Notes under the pieces: model-generated
Told to the model about the DNA's origin: nothing
What the model saw: the letters and a program-made list of their open reading frames with translations, nothing else
Database searches by the model: none
Origin: Podarcis liolepis
Taxonomy: Eukaryota
Reading direction: 5' to 3' (one strand)
NCBI GenBank assembly: GCA_965112155.1
Contig: OZ218102.1
Length of the DNA: 64,000 nt
Position numbers and translations under genes: made by a program
Shown here: piece after piece, positions 51,038 to 62,212 of the stretch
How the letters are laid out: the number at the start of each line of letters is the position of its first letter
How positions within the stretch are numbered: position 1 is the stretch's first letter

Positions 51038-51519
51038 CGTCAGGTGCTCCTTTTCCATGTTCCAATCTGTCAGGTGTGCCCTCCTTCATGACACCCTGAA
51101 TCATTCCCTCTCACCCCAAATGCATGTAGAAGAGAACAGCTTGCAATGTGATCAGGCTCCCACTTTAGCCCAGGCTGCTAGATATGATTGCAATTATGCA
51201 CCCCCACAGCCTGCTACTGTGCACATCTACTTAAACTGAAGCAAACAGGATACTGTAGATGGAACATCTTGCACAGAACATCTTGGTTTACGACAAGCAC
51301 ACAGGATCAGTCATAGCATCGGTGCTTGTTAATAGCAGTGAGCGTCTGCTTCAGATGAACCTGAACTGAAGTTGCCTGCTTCAGAGAGATTCAAACCTTG
51401 ACCAAAGTGAAACTGGCCTTCTACTGCTTTTTCATCTAGTGGTGCAGCAATAAAACTGCCAGCACATATGCAAAGCTAAGCAGTTCCGGTTTCAAATTGG
51501 ATGGGGGAACCATGTGTTG

Positions 51520-51594
51520 AGATTCCTGAATTGCAAGGGGTTGGACTAGATGACCCCCTGGGTCTCTTCCAACTCTACAATTCTATGATTCTAA
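51520..51594 (+). mobile_element. CR1 3' tip; second copy at about 52286-52340
   Basis: ggttggactagatgacc...ttccaactctacaattctatgattct. Confidence 0.85.
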
Positions 51595-52879
51595 GTGGCT
51601 GAAAGCTAATCAGGCTGTGCACAAAGCAGAGTGTCTCAGGCGCAGACACTGAAAACTAATCAATTTTACCTCAAACCCTTCATAAAAGGGAAACACCAGG
51701 CAGAGGGGAGAGAAAGGGAGAGAAGAAGGGATGCAGTTTTGTAACTGACAGCTTTATCTTCCAATCAGCTGAGGACCTTTCCAGGGCTCTCCTTTTTACT
51801 TACTATTATATAACTTCGGGGTGGAATGCTGAAACTGTTCCAGAAACAGTTCCAGCATTTTCAGTGCAATTTGTGATCACGTGCCTGTAAGAGAAGCTCG
51901 GAGGGCTTTTGAGCACGGCCTGAGATTGGGGTATCCTTCTACCCATTGCTTTCAGTTCAATAGGTGCCTGTTCAATAGGTGCTCTCACAAAGCCACAATG
52001 ATAAGCTCTGATTTTTTTCAGTGTTGAAGGGACAAGGAAGGGGATCCCTTAAAACACACACACACAAAGTCAAACTTTAGAGGCTCCCTTCTGCTATATT
52101 ACCATAGTGTACACTTTCACATACTATTTTCTAGTAGTTTCATCTATCCACTCCATCACAGTGAAGCTGCTTCTGGGACTTTGGTGCCAAGCAAACAGCA
52201 TAAATAGCAACAGCTTAAATTGTTTTTCATTTGTGACTAAAACCCCTCGACCTTTCGATCCAAAATTGTACAGTGAACTTACCAAGGACTGGACTAGATG
52301 ATACCTACGGTCCCTTCCAACTCTACAATTCTATGATTCCATAATGTTGACAAAATAACAGGAAGGAAACAAATCCATTTTTAAAACAACAACAACAACA
52401 ACAAATTTGCTCTTGCTCAAAACCACTTGTACCATCTATGTGAAATTTGGCAGGATGACTTTCTCAGAAGGCACTACTATAACTTTCGCATCTAGTTCTG
52501 TCAAAAATGTTACAGCTGTTTGATTTCCTCATTGCATTCCATAGGGAGATAGCATTCAATTTTCTGAAGCAAAGTTCCATTTTGAACCCAAGGTCCAAAA
52601 TGTTTAAAGTCGCTGAAGGCAAAGTGGCCCACAATCAGAACCAACAATAGTTAATGGCATTCAACTAAGCCAAGCTATGAAGCTATGGTTTAAGCTTCAC
52701 TTAATATTCTGACTTGTTTGGAAGCCATTAATCCTACTTTCCTGGTTCAGATGTAATAGTAGGCCGTAGCTGGCTGGCAATCTCCTGGCTTGTTTCCTGA
52801 CTCGTGTGAAGGCAGAAGCCAAGCAGCTATGTGATGGTGTACAAGATTCATTCATATCTCAACTTACTCAGAGGAGATA

Positions 52880-53120
52880 CAGTGGTACCTTGGTTTATGA
52901 ACCTAATCCGTTCCGGAAGTCTGTTCTTAAACCAAAGCATTCTTAAACCAAAGCATGCTTTCCCATAGTGGTGGGGGACTCAATTTACAGTCAACAGGAA
53001 GCAGAGCATGTTCTTATTCCAAGGCAAAGTTCACAAACCAAAACACCTACTTCCGGGTTTGCAGGGTTCTTAATCCAAGTTGTTCATAAACTAAGCTGTT
53101 TTTAAACCAAGGTACCACTA
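52880..53120. mobile_element. Tigger-type MITE family C
   Basis: TIR CAGTGGTACCTTGGTTTA / TAAACCAAGGTACCACT(a), TA TSD. Confidence 0.9.
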
Positions 53121-54388
53121 TACTACTGCTCTAACACAGCCAAAGTCACAGATGTGGATACGTGTCAAACATAGCAATGAAATGAAGAATCAAACCAGCT
53201 ACAAAAAATATGCATTAAAAAAGATCAGCTTGTTTTCATGCAGCTGTTAAAATTACAGACATCGTATTGTGTTAGTGGGTTCACCAACAGTAGGTCTAAA
53301 TCACTGTTTACATTTAGTGTAAACAAACAGTTATTACTTGGTCAAGGAAACATGCCTAGCATTACCAGTGATTTTAATGTAGGACACTGCATGCATTTTT
53401 AAAAAGGCAACCCTGGTTTTATGCAACCCATGAGCATACTTTCCCAGGAACTGCACATTCATTGAGTCAAGCAAAAGAAGATTTCTCAGATAAGAAATAA
53501 AAAGAATTATAAGGAGGTGGGGGAAACTACATTTGGGTGGATAGAATCATTTGAGTAGAAGCACTAGAGAGATGCTCTTAAGTGCAAATCTGTCTTGTTT
53601 CTGCATTATTTTCAGCGCACATGAAAAAAGGAGTGATAACAGATGTTTTTTAAAAAAAACTTTGAAAAGTTTTTTTAAAAAAAACATGTAACTTAAAACT
53701 AACATCTCTTCCAACACAGAAAGGTTAAGTTGTGGGGTTGACATTTGCATTTGTTACGATGTCAGTGCTTCCTGCCTATCAGCCTATGTACAAACAATAT
53801 CTAAAGATGTCATCTACATATTTATACCAAAGGAGCTTATGAACAAGACCTGTCAGTATATTTTAGCACCTCTCCAAAACGTCAGCTTTCATCATGTATA
53901 AACACAACATGTATAATTTATTAGTTTGGTTTAATATAAAAAGTTGACAATCAGATGTCACCACAACTATTGATAAGGTAAATAAGGACTACAGGAAAAT
54001 GTCAAAAAGTTATTAAAATGTTTTGCAGCTTCCTGAGTGAAATTGGATTTATCGGCTCTTATTTGTCAATAGACACATTGCAGGTTTTCTTTCCTTTATG
54101 TGGCTATATATACATGCAGCCAATACTTTAGTTAACAGAGTAAAGAATAATGGTCAATGAATAACAAAGGCCCTTTAAAACAAAAATGGAAAGGCATGCA
54201 ACATTCTTGTGTAAAAACAGTTAACAAGTGAGGCATTTATTTTGACCAATATTCATCATGGGTGAGTATACATCTAAAATCCCATATTCTTCAATTCACA
54301 CATCTACTATCATATCTCAATTTGACATTTCTACTTTGGCCTACGTTTTGGGTTTCCTAGAGAAGACTTTGGGAGGGGATATCTGCTA

Positions 54389-54598
54389 CAGTCAAACCTC
54401 GGTTCCTGAATGGCTCCATTTTCGAACATTTTGGCTCCTGAATGCCAAAAACCCACAAGTAAATGCTCTGATTTCTGAACGGTTTTTGGAAGTCGAACGT
54501 CCAACGCAGCTTCCACTTGAGTGCAGCCAATCGGAAGCCACACCTCAATTGTCAAACGTTTCAGAAGCCGAAGAATGGATTACGTTTGACAACTGAGG
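54389..54598. mobile_element. Tigger-type MITE related to family B, right TIR truncated
   Basis: ta|cagtcaaacctcggtt...ccaatcggaagccacacct...ggattacgtttgacaactgagg, similar to 45168-45404. Confidence 0.8.
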
Positions 54599-55002
54599 AA
54601 TTGCTGTTCCAATGACATGTATATCCCAACCTGAGATAATTCGCTATAAGGTACATTGTAATAGACAAGCAAACCTATTTTGCTGATTCCTCTCTCTCTA
54701 TACTTTCAAGAGTAACACTGAAGTCATGCACACTCAAGTAGTATTCCAGCAAAATAAGGAGTTCCAATAAAGGAACCAGGCTACAAACTACAGGATGCAG
54801 TAATAAATGATAATATGCAAAAAGAGAAGAGAATTAAATAGTTCTACAATGCCAAAGGCAGGACCAACTGGATTTTCTTAATCCATCTGGATAAACAGGT
54901 AAATCCTTATCAGACAGTACAGGGAAAATAGTTGGGACAAAATATCAGAGTTAACCAAGCAGGGAAGAATCTCTTCTTTAAGCTTAATGTAAGAATTAGT
55001 TA

Positions 55003-55353
55003 GGATGCGTGGCGCTGTGGGTTAAACCACAGAGCCTAGGACTTGCTGATCAGAAGGTCAGCGGTTTGAATCCCCGCAACGGGGTGAGCTCCCGATGCTC
55101 GGTCCCTGCTCCTGCCAACCTAGCAGTTTAAAATCACGAAGTGCAAGTAGATAAATAGGTACCGCTCCGGCAGGAAGGTAAACGGCGTTTCCGTGCGCTG
55201 CTCTGGTTCGCCAGAAGCGGCTTAGTCATGCTGGCTACATGACCCGGAAGCTGTACGCCAGCTCCCTTGGCCAATAAAGTGAGATGAGTGCCTCAACCCC
55301 AGAGTTGTCCACGACTAGACCTAATGGTCAGGGGTCCCTTTACCTTTACCTTT
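55003..55353 (+). mobile_element. Full-length Sauria SINE (Squam1)
   Basis: gtggcgctgtgggttaaacc head, gtgcaagtagataaataggtacc body, (ACCTTT)n tail; perfect 13-bp TSD taagaattagtta at 54990-55002 and 55354-55366. Confidence 0.96.
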
Positions 55354-55587
55354 TAAGAATTAGTTAAAACTAGTGCTGGACAAAAATGGAAGCAAAGCAT
55401 TTTGGGAACAGTTTTGGCTGTCTCCTACCCTGCAAAATACCTCTTCCCAGACTGCATCTCCAAATGTGGATGCTGACCACCAGAACTTAATTTTCAATAG
55501 GATGCAATGTAAATACATATCTGCACCCCATGTTCTGCATGTACAAAATGCAACTAGAGTCTGATTGGTGGGACAGTCTAACCATAC

Positions 55588-55691
55588 TGTTAGAGCAAAA
55601 GAAAAAAAATTCCTTCCAGTAGCACCTTAGAGACCAACTAAGTTTGTTATTGGTGTGAGCTTTCATGTGCATGCACATTTCTTCAGATACC
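55588..55691 (-). mobile_element. Penelope-like element terminal remnant
   Basis: agtagcaccttagagaccaactaagtttgtt...gagctttc.tgtgcatgcaca.ttcttcagatac, recognised as a lizard PLE terminal repeat. Confidence 0.8.
55652..55691 (-). ncRNA. Minimal type I hammerhead ribozyme motif (PLE-associated)
   Basis: Minus strand GGUAU-CUGAAGA-A-AUGUGCAUGCACAU-GAAA-GC-UC-ACACC: both core boxes, palindromic helix II, AGCU minimal helix III, helix I 4/5 paired. Confidence 0.75.
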
Positions 55692-56440
55692 TACTAGAGG
55701 GCAACAAAACCAGTGCAGGGCAGAAACAGAGAGTGTTGATCCAGTTATCGAGCTGGAGAGAATGTCTTTCCTCTTTTCCACTACCTCTTCAAAGTGTCAG
55801 CAATAGGACAACTTCATTTGTCCTATGTGATGCCATTACACCAAACTGATTGGCTAGATTTAACACCCTAACACTATAGCACCCAACAAAAAGGGTATGT
55901 TCCAAGTTGGCACCAAAGCAACAGTACACTGGGCAAACAATGGCAATGTCAGCCCCCCCCCACCCCCCAAAAAAGTTTGGCACGAGGGGGGGGAGTAAAA
56001 CTTCACTCACACACAAAATAAATTACTTAAGATTCAACATAAAAATATCCCAGCTGCTGAGCTTTATGGTACAAGACCAATTGATTCATCAGCTCAAAGA
56101 GCTGACTCAGATTACACTTTAATAATAAGTACACCATGCAATTACAATAAAAAGTATAATGGGGGATTTCTTTAACAAAAGGTTTTGCAACATTTTTTAG
56201 CTGTGAATATATAGCTGTTTCTTAAACAATACTGTAAGATGTATTGAAGGTGGTTGAAAACAGTTTATCTGTTCCTTTTCCAAAATAATTTGTCATAGGA
56301 CACTTTATCAGCCCCCAGTACAGAAGTCCATTTCCTGCACACAACTTCACCTTAAAAGAAACACTATTTTTGACCATGGCAATTAGTCTTTTCATGTTCC
56401 AAACACTAAATTCTATTTTCCCCATTAATTTTTAAACCTA

Positions 56441-56643
56441 NNNNNNNNNNNNNNNNNNNNNNNNNNNNNNNNNNNNNNNNNNNNNNNNNNNNNNNNNNNN
56501 NNNNNNNNNNNNNNNNNNNNNNNNNNNNNNNNNNNNNNNNNNNNNNNNNNNNNNNNNNNNNNNNNNNNNNNNNNNNNNNNNNNNNNNNNNNNNNNNNNNN
56601 NNNNNNNNNNNNNNNNNNNNNNNNNNNNNNNNNNNNNNNNNNN
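56441..56643. other. N-run (203 nt)
   Basis: Ns seen directly; unique AT-rich flanks. Confidence 0.95.
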
Positions 56644-57768
56644 TTTATTCATGAAACAGTAATTTCAGTTACTACCAAAGCTAAAAAAAAAAACAACACC
56701 CACAAAATCCACAAACCTAACTTTCTTTGCAAACAAACAGTGCCATCTAGTGCTGATATTAAAGGAAAGCAAGATGAATTGGTCTGAAAATGCTCAATAA
56801 TTATTTCCAGCATCTTTGCTTTTAAGAGTTTTCTTGTTCTATCTCCCCTTTTAATGAATTCACCTTTGAATCATGGTCACTGGAGAAAGAGGGGACAAAA
56901 AGCGAAGAAAGAGACCAGTTACCAGGAACCATAAAAGAATAAGACAGGTTTTCCTCTCTCTAGGCACCCTGTAATGACTGGCAATTAACTTCCAAATACA
57001 CAGACTTGTATTTCAACACTAGACAGGAAGACCACAGAGCTAGGTACATTTTTAGGTGAGCTAGCTAGATTTTTTTTTGGCTTTGGTTCTCAAAACAGTC
57101 CCAGCCTTGCGAATCTGATTAATTTCTATAGAGGCAGATCCAACAGAATTCTTTGTGGCCTCTGTTCTTTTGAGTATGTTACACAGATAAGTTCAGAAAC
57201 AATATTCCATTCTGCCACGGAGCCTTTGTATCATCAACTGGGAATGTACAGAATGGAGCCAAAGAAACTTTTATCAAGTGTTCATCTGTGTCTCAAAGGG
57301 CAGTGTCAAAAAAGAGTTTTCCTGGTAGAATGCTTGCAAACCTGAAGACAGGAAAGGTGGGTGGGGGCAGAGGAAGAGAAAGAAAGGGAATGGGTAAGCT
57401 TCCCCTCAGCATGTGGCATGAGTTGTTGGGTTGAACCACCATGCATTTTATTACAAATATTATTTTTTTCTGGTGAAAGACAGGACCCCCCCCAAAGAAA
57501 ATATTGAAGAAAAACATCAGACTATGTCCAAATATCACATGGAAGGAAGCTGGGCAAAGGATTAGAAATGAAGGGAGACAGGAAGGATGCAGTTTATGGT
57601 GCAAAGAAAACAATATGAGAAGAGAGCAAAAATATGCTCACTATAGATACAAACTATGGATACACACACACACAAATATTGCTGAAATACAAAACGTTCA
57701 TCTTTGTTTAGCCTCAGGTCTTTTGTTTTCTACTTTTTAACTGTCCAGGAACAATATATGAGTTGTGG

Positions 57769-58164
57769 CAGGGATGGGGAATTGACCCAGATGCCCAGAT
57801 CTGTATCTTTCCTTCACTTCACAAGCCAACTTGGCAGGTGGGATAGGACCATCCACTTGTCAGTCATCAGAGCTCATAATATTGTCAGCTGATTGACAAG
57901 TGGGTGATCCCACCTATCAACATTGGTCTGCAGAGGTGGAGCAAGACAGTGAATCACTAAGCCAGATGCGGGGGGGTTCACCTACTTTCTACAGAAAATG
58001 TTAAATCCTGCTTTCTGCAGAGAACAGCTGCTGTATATGTACCTGCCCCACATATATTAGGTGTGGGGCAGGTGGGCATGGTTTTTGGACAGCAGTTTGA
58101 CTGAACAAATAGAAAGACCTGGGGGGCCAAATCTGGTTTGTGGGCTGGGAGTGCCCCACTTCTG
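57769..58164. mobile_element. Old hAT non-autonomous element with internal inverted repeat
   Basis: Ends cagggatgggga / tgccccacttctg, TSD-like agttgtgg/agatatgg, internal ccacttgtcagtca...tgattgacaagtgg. Confidence 0.6.
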
Positions 58165-59928
58165 AGATATGGGTCATAGTTTGGTATCCCTAACTTACAT
58201 CCTTGGAGCACTGGATTTTTGCTCGAGTAAGGTTCTTTGTTTATTTTGATTCCTTGTAGCTTCAAATAGACAAGCAACAATTATGAATAAATTACAATAG
58301 TAATCAATCCAGCACTAGGGCGAGAGCATCTTTAGAGATAAGAAAATGTGTTCCGTGCATGTATTAAGCTAAAACAGTATCTACTGTAGTTTGTATCTCA
58401 CAGATAGAAATGAAGATATTGGTTTCTTTCTGTGTCAATTTCAGGTGTGATCAGAAGTCTGTTCCATTGCCTCCTATCTGTCTTTTTAAAAAACCATACA
58501 AATGTTTCTACTAAAATATGAAATAAAACTCATATTTTATTTCAATGTCCGCATTTCTAAACATATTTATTTAATGCATTTTGGAATATTTTTGAGCCAA
58601 AAACTACTATAAAATTCAGACATATGTGACATCTGAAAGATAATGATGTTTCAATGCATGTATTAGTCCGGGAGTTACAAATTAGGTCAGTTCAATTAAA
58701 AATGAGAACTGAATGCAATCCTTCTTCATCCCTATCCATAGATGATAGAATTACCAAGATACAGTCCATGAAAGAACCTTATATCTTTAACCTATCCCTT
58801 CTCAGATAGCATAATAATCCAAAGAAAAAACTTCTATGCTAGTAAAGTGCCCTTATAATTGCCCTATCACAACCAAGGGATTTGGAATTTTATAAAATTT
58901 CCAAACCAGTGGGAAATAGATTTCTCACCCCACCCTGTTTTTTCACTATTGCCTTTTGCTCCTACTCATCATCTGTTAAAGCGAATGGGACTCCACACAA
59001 ATGAACAAAAAAGGTAAAGGAACCAGTAGAGGAACAACATAGGAAGGGGAAGTCTGTCATCATTTGCCACCTCTGAATTTTTAATAGCACTGAAACACCA
59101 GATTGTGTTATTGAAACCTTCAATTTACTAAGCTGCTTATTAAATACATCTAAATAAGAGTGACAGTGGCCTAAATTAATGAGAGAGGAATGCTATTACT
59201 TAATCAACCTATCCGCCCTTCTCTTTTAACTTGCTGTTCCAACCCCTTCTCAAAATCCTTCTTGATGCAGCTCACTAGCCATGGATAGAACAAGATTCTG
59301 CAAGCAGAACCCTAAAGGCTCAGGAGGGAAAAAATAAAGTGAGCTTAACTTGATATGTTCCCTAAGGAATCTCAATTAAGTCATCCATAGCCATGGAGGT
59401 TAATTATAAATTTAAATTGTTAAATTGTCTTTCACACTTCCTTCAACGATATCACTTCATCCCTGGTAAGTTTAATAAAGATATAATTCTGTCATGTATG
59501 CAAGCCACAGAAGAAAATTTAATATGCCCTTCTCAATTGAAGAAGGAATGAGCTGGCCAGGAACTTGGGATACTACTGAGTTTCAGCCAGCTGTCTTATA
59601 ATGCTTAGTTTCTCCTAAAAACTACAAATCATTATTTATTCACAGGTTGTGAGAAGTACTCTCTAGAGTGACAGTACACTTTTTATAGACAAACACAGCC
59701 CTTTTAAGTTGCAAATTGTTATACACCTGCAATAAGTTTATTATTGCTTTCCGTGACATAATGGCAGGCAGGGCTTCTGGCACCAAGTGCATGCTACATA
59801 TAATGCACAATGTGCAAACATGTAAATGCATTATATAAATATAATATCTAATTACACGGTAGATTTGTATATTGTTAATATACTCTTAAAAGAAGCAGGC
59901 AGGTTTTGGGGGGGTAAAAAAAATAATA

Positions 59929-60262
59929 GGGTGGCATTCAACAAATTTACTCAGAGTTGCCCAATTAAATACAGTGGTATCTCGGATTAAGAACTTAATT
60001 TGTTCTGGAGGTCCATTCTTAACCTGAAACTGTTCTTAACCTGATGCACCACTTTAGCTAATGGGGCCTCCCGCTGCCGCCGCGCTGCCGTCACACGATT
60101 TCTGTTCTCATCCTGAAGCAAACCCGAAGTACTATTTCTGGGTTAGCAGAGTCTATAACCTGAAGCGTCTGTAACCCGAGGTACCACTGTAACGAACATG
60201 ACTAAGTTCAGTGCATCAATTTCTATGAGTCTACTCTGAGTAAAACTAGTTCAATGCCACCC
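59929..60262. mobile_element. Palindromic MITE hosting a nested Tigger MITE
   Basis: Left end gggtggcattcaac..tttactcagagt and right end actctgagtaaaa..gttcaatgccaccc are inverted copies, flanked by TA. Confidence 0.8.
59972..60189. mobile_element. Tigger-type MITE family A (nested)
   Basis: CAGTGGTATCTC / GAGGTACCACTG, TA TSD, collinear with 10595-10842. Confidence 0.93.
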
Positions 60263-60699
60263 TAGGTGTTTGGCTATTTTGAAAGACCCTTCTAGCAGTA
60301 ACATCATGGAGGGTGTTTCCAGCTACCCCACAACCTACTCTTGGAAGAGTTGCAAGTGGCTGCAGGAGAGGGACACCGAGCAACATGTTTCTAGGACTAA
60401 GGGGAAAATGTGAAGCTCCCTGGTTATTTTTGCTACTGGATGTTGTTTAAGTAATCCTGTTACAGTGTTGAAATGTGGTTTTAAAAAATGTTACTATATT
60501 TGCTATCATTTCCCTATGTTATTACGAAGTTGTTACTATGTTATTCATTTGCTGTGTAAATTATGAATTGTTTTTGTGGTTGTTTGAAAAGTATCCCTGT
60601 TTTCTTTGTTGTAAGCCGCTTTGGGCATGATTTGTTTTGTGGGATAGCAGCATGCCAAGAAAATGAATGACTCTCACTTCTGGAGAACCTATGCTTTTG

Positions 60700-60811
60700 C
60701 AGATGCTTGCTGGACTGCAGTTTCCATCACCCTTGAATTTGCTCTGCTGGCTGCTGCTGATGGGAGTTGCAGCCCAATAAAATCTAGAGAGCCAGAGATT
60801 CCCTGTGCCTG
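60700..60811. mobile_element. Degenerate hAT MITE related to 4863
   Basis: cagatg..gctggact.cag.ttccatca...tgatgggagttgcagccc...atctagagagcc...ttccctgtgcctg. Confidence 0.6.
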
Positions 60812-61219
60812 TTGTATAGTCACTCTCCCCTGGAATACTCCTTTTCTTCTGGAGTGCTTGGAAAAAGAAAGGGGGAAATCTCTAGGCACGTGGGTGGGCC
60901 TGCATGAAAGCATAACCCCTTGGGTTCCAGCTTCACCTAGAGACTATAGAGGCAAATCAGTATGTGAAAAGAGGTATGTACACAAACACCAGCTGCTTTT
61001 TACAACAAGGCCAAATGTCTCAATATGCACTGGTGATGTCTCTCAGATGGGGGACATTTTTAGGCCTACCTGGATATACTGAGGACTGAACCTGGGACCT
61101 TCTGTATGAAAAGCTATGAACTATGTTGTGGATAGGGGTGGATATATTACTCTGTTCCTGACCCATGTCAATTTCACATGTTTTCATTCCATCCCATTTC
61201 CATATTAACCTGCAGTTAA

Positions 61220-62212
61220 GTTGATTTGTTACCTGCCCTTCATCCTAAAGTCCCAATGCGGGTCACAACAGCTTAAAACAGAATGTTAAAAACAGTTTAA
61301 AACAAATTACAATCACAAAAATAAGATGGGTCCTAAAAATATTCGCCTAAGGTATCAAAAATAAGAATAAAGAGAAGAATCTTCAGTATTCAACGAAAAC
61401 TGTCTAGTGACGCTACCAGACACATTGCTCTGGGAAGGGAGTTCCACAACTTTCAAGCTGCCGCAGAGAACATCCTCTGCCAGACTGCCCACCCAATTTT
61501 CCGAGGGTGGTATAACTACCAAAAGGGTCCTCTCTGCTGAACTGAGAGTGTGTGTAGGGAGTCTTTCATATATTTGGGGCCTAAGTTGGAAATGAACTAG
61601 CAACCAATACAGCTGTTTTAAAATGGAACCTCAGCCAGTAATCTGGCTGCTGCACTTTGGACCAACTGAAATGTCAGTTGTTTTCAAGGGCAGCTCCATG
61701 TACAGCACAGCACAGTAATCCAGTCTGTATGTTAGCACAGCAGGAGTATTATCATTACCATCATCACCATTGCCATTTATGTTCAAAAGGAGCCATTGCT
61801 GACAAACCAACGAGAGCTGGGGAAAGGCATTCCTAAAGTAATCTGAGCCTCCACTGACAGTGATGAATCCAGTAGCCCCAAGCTATGGACGTGTTCCTTC
61901 CAGGAGAGTGTAACCATGTCTAGAACATGCCATCTCCACACCTCCTGGACTTGTGAACTCAGGACACCTCTCTCTTTTCACAATTCAGCTGCAATTTATT
62001 GGTCCACATCCAGCCCATCACAGCCTCTAAACCGTGCTCGAAAACCTTTACTACTACTGCTGAACCAACAGAGAGCTAGAGCTAGGTTTCATCTGCATAT
62101 TGATGATACCTCGCTCCAAATCTACTGATGACAGCTCCTAGTGGCTTCATGTAGTTGTTAAATAGATGTCAAATAGCAAGGGGGAGGGCAAGACAGAACC
62201 CTGTGGAACAAA
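61220..62212 (-). mobile_element. Old, internally deleted L2 LINE
   Basis: The reverse complement shows GVPQGS-like (gaaccctgtggaac), QYADE (tcatctgcatattg), RLDYC (cagtaatccagtct), LVQSAAAR (ggctgctgcactttggaccaac) and LWNSLP (gggagttccac) motifs, plus a 3' UTR. Confidence 0.8.

Noticed and set aside
56441-56643. Gap as the location of VTI1A exon 3
   Set aside because: No splice signals on either flank. Exon 3 probably lies beyond the window, though this cannot be excluded.
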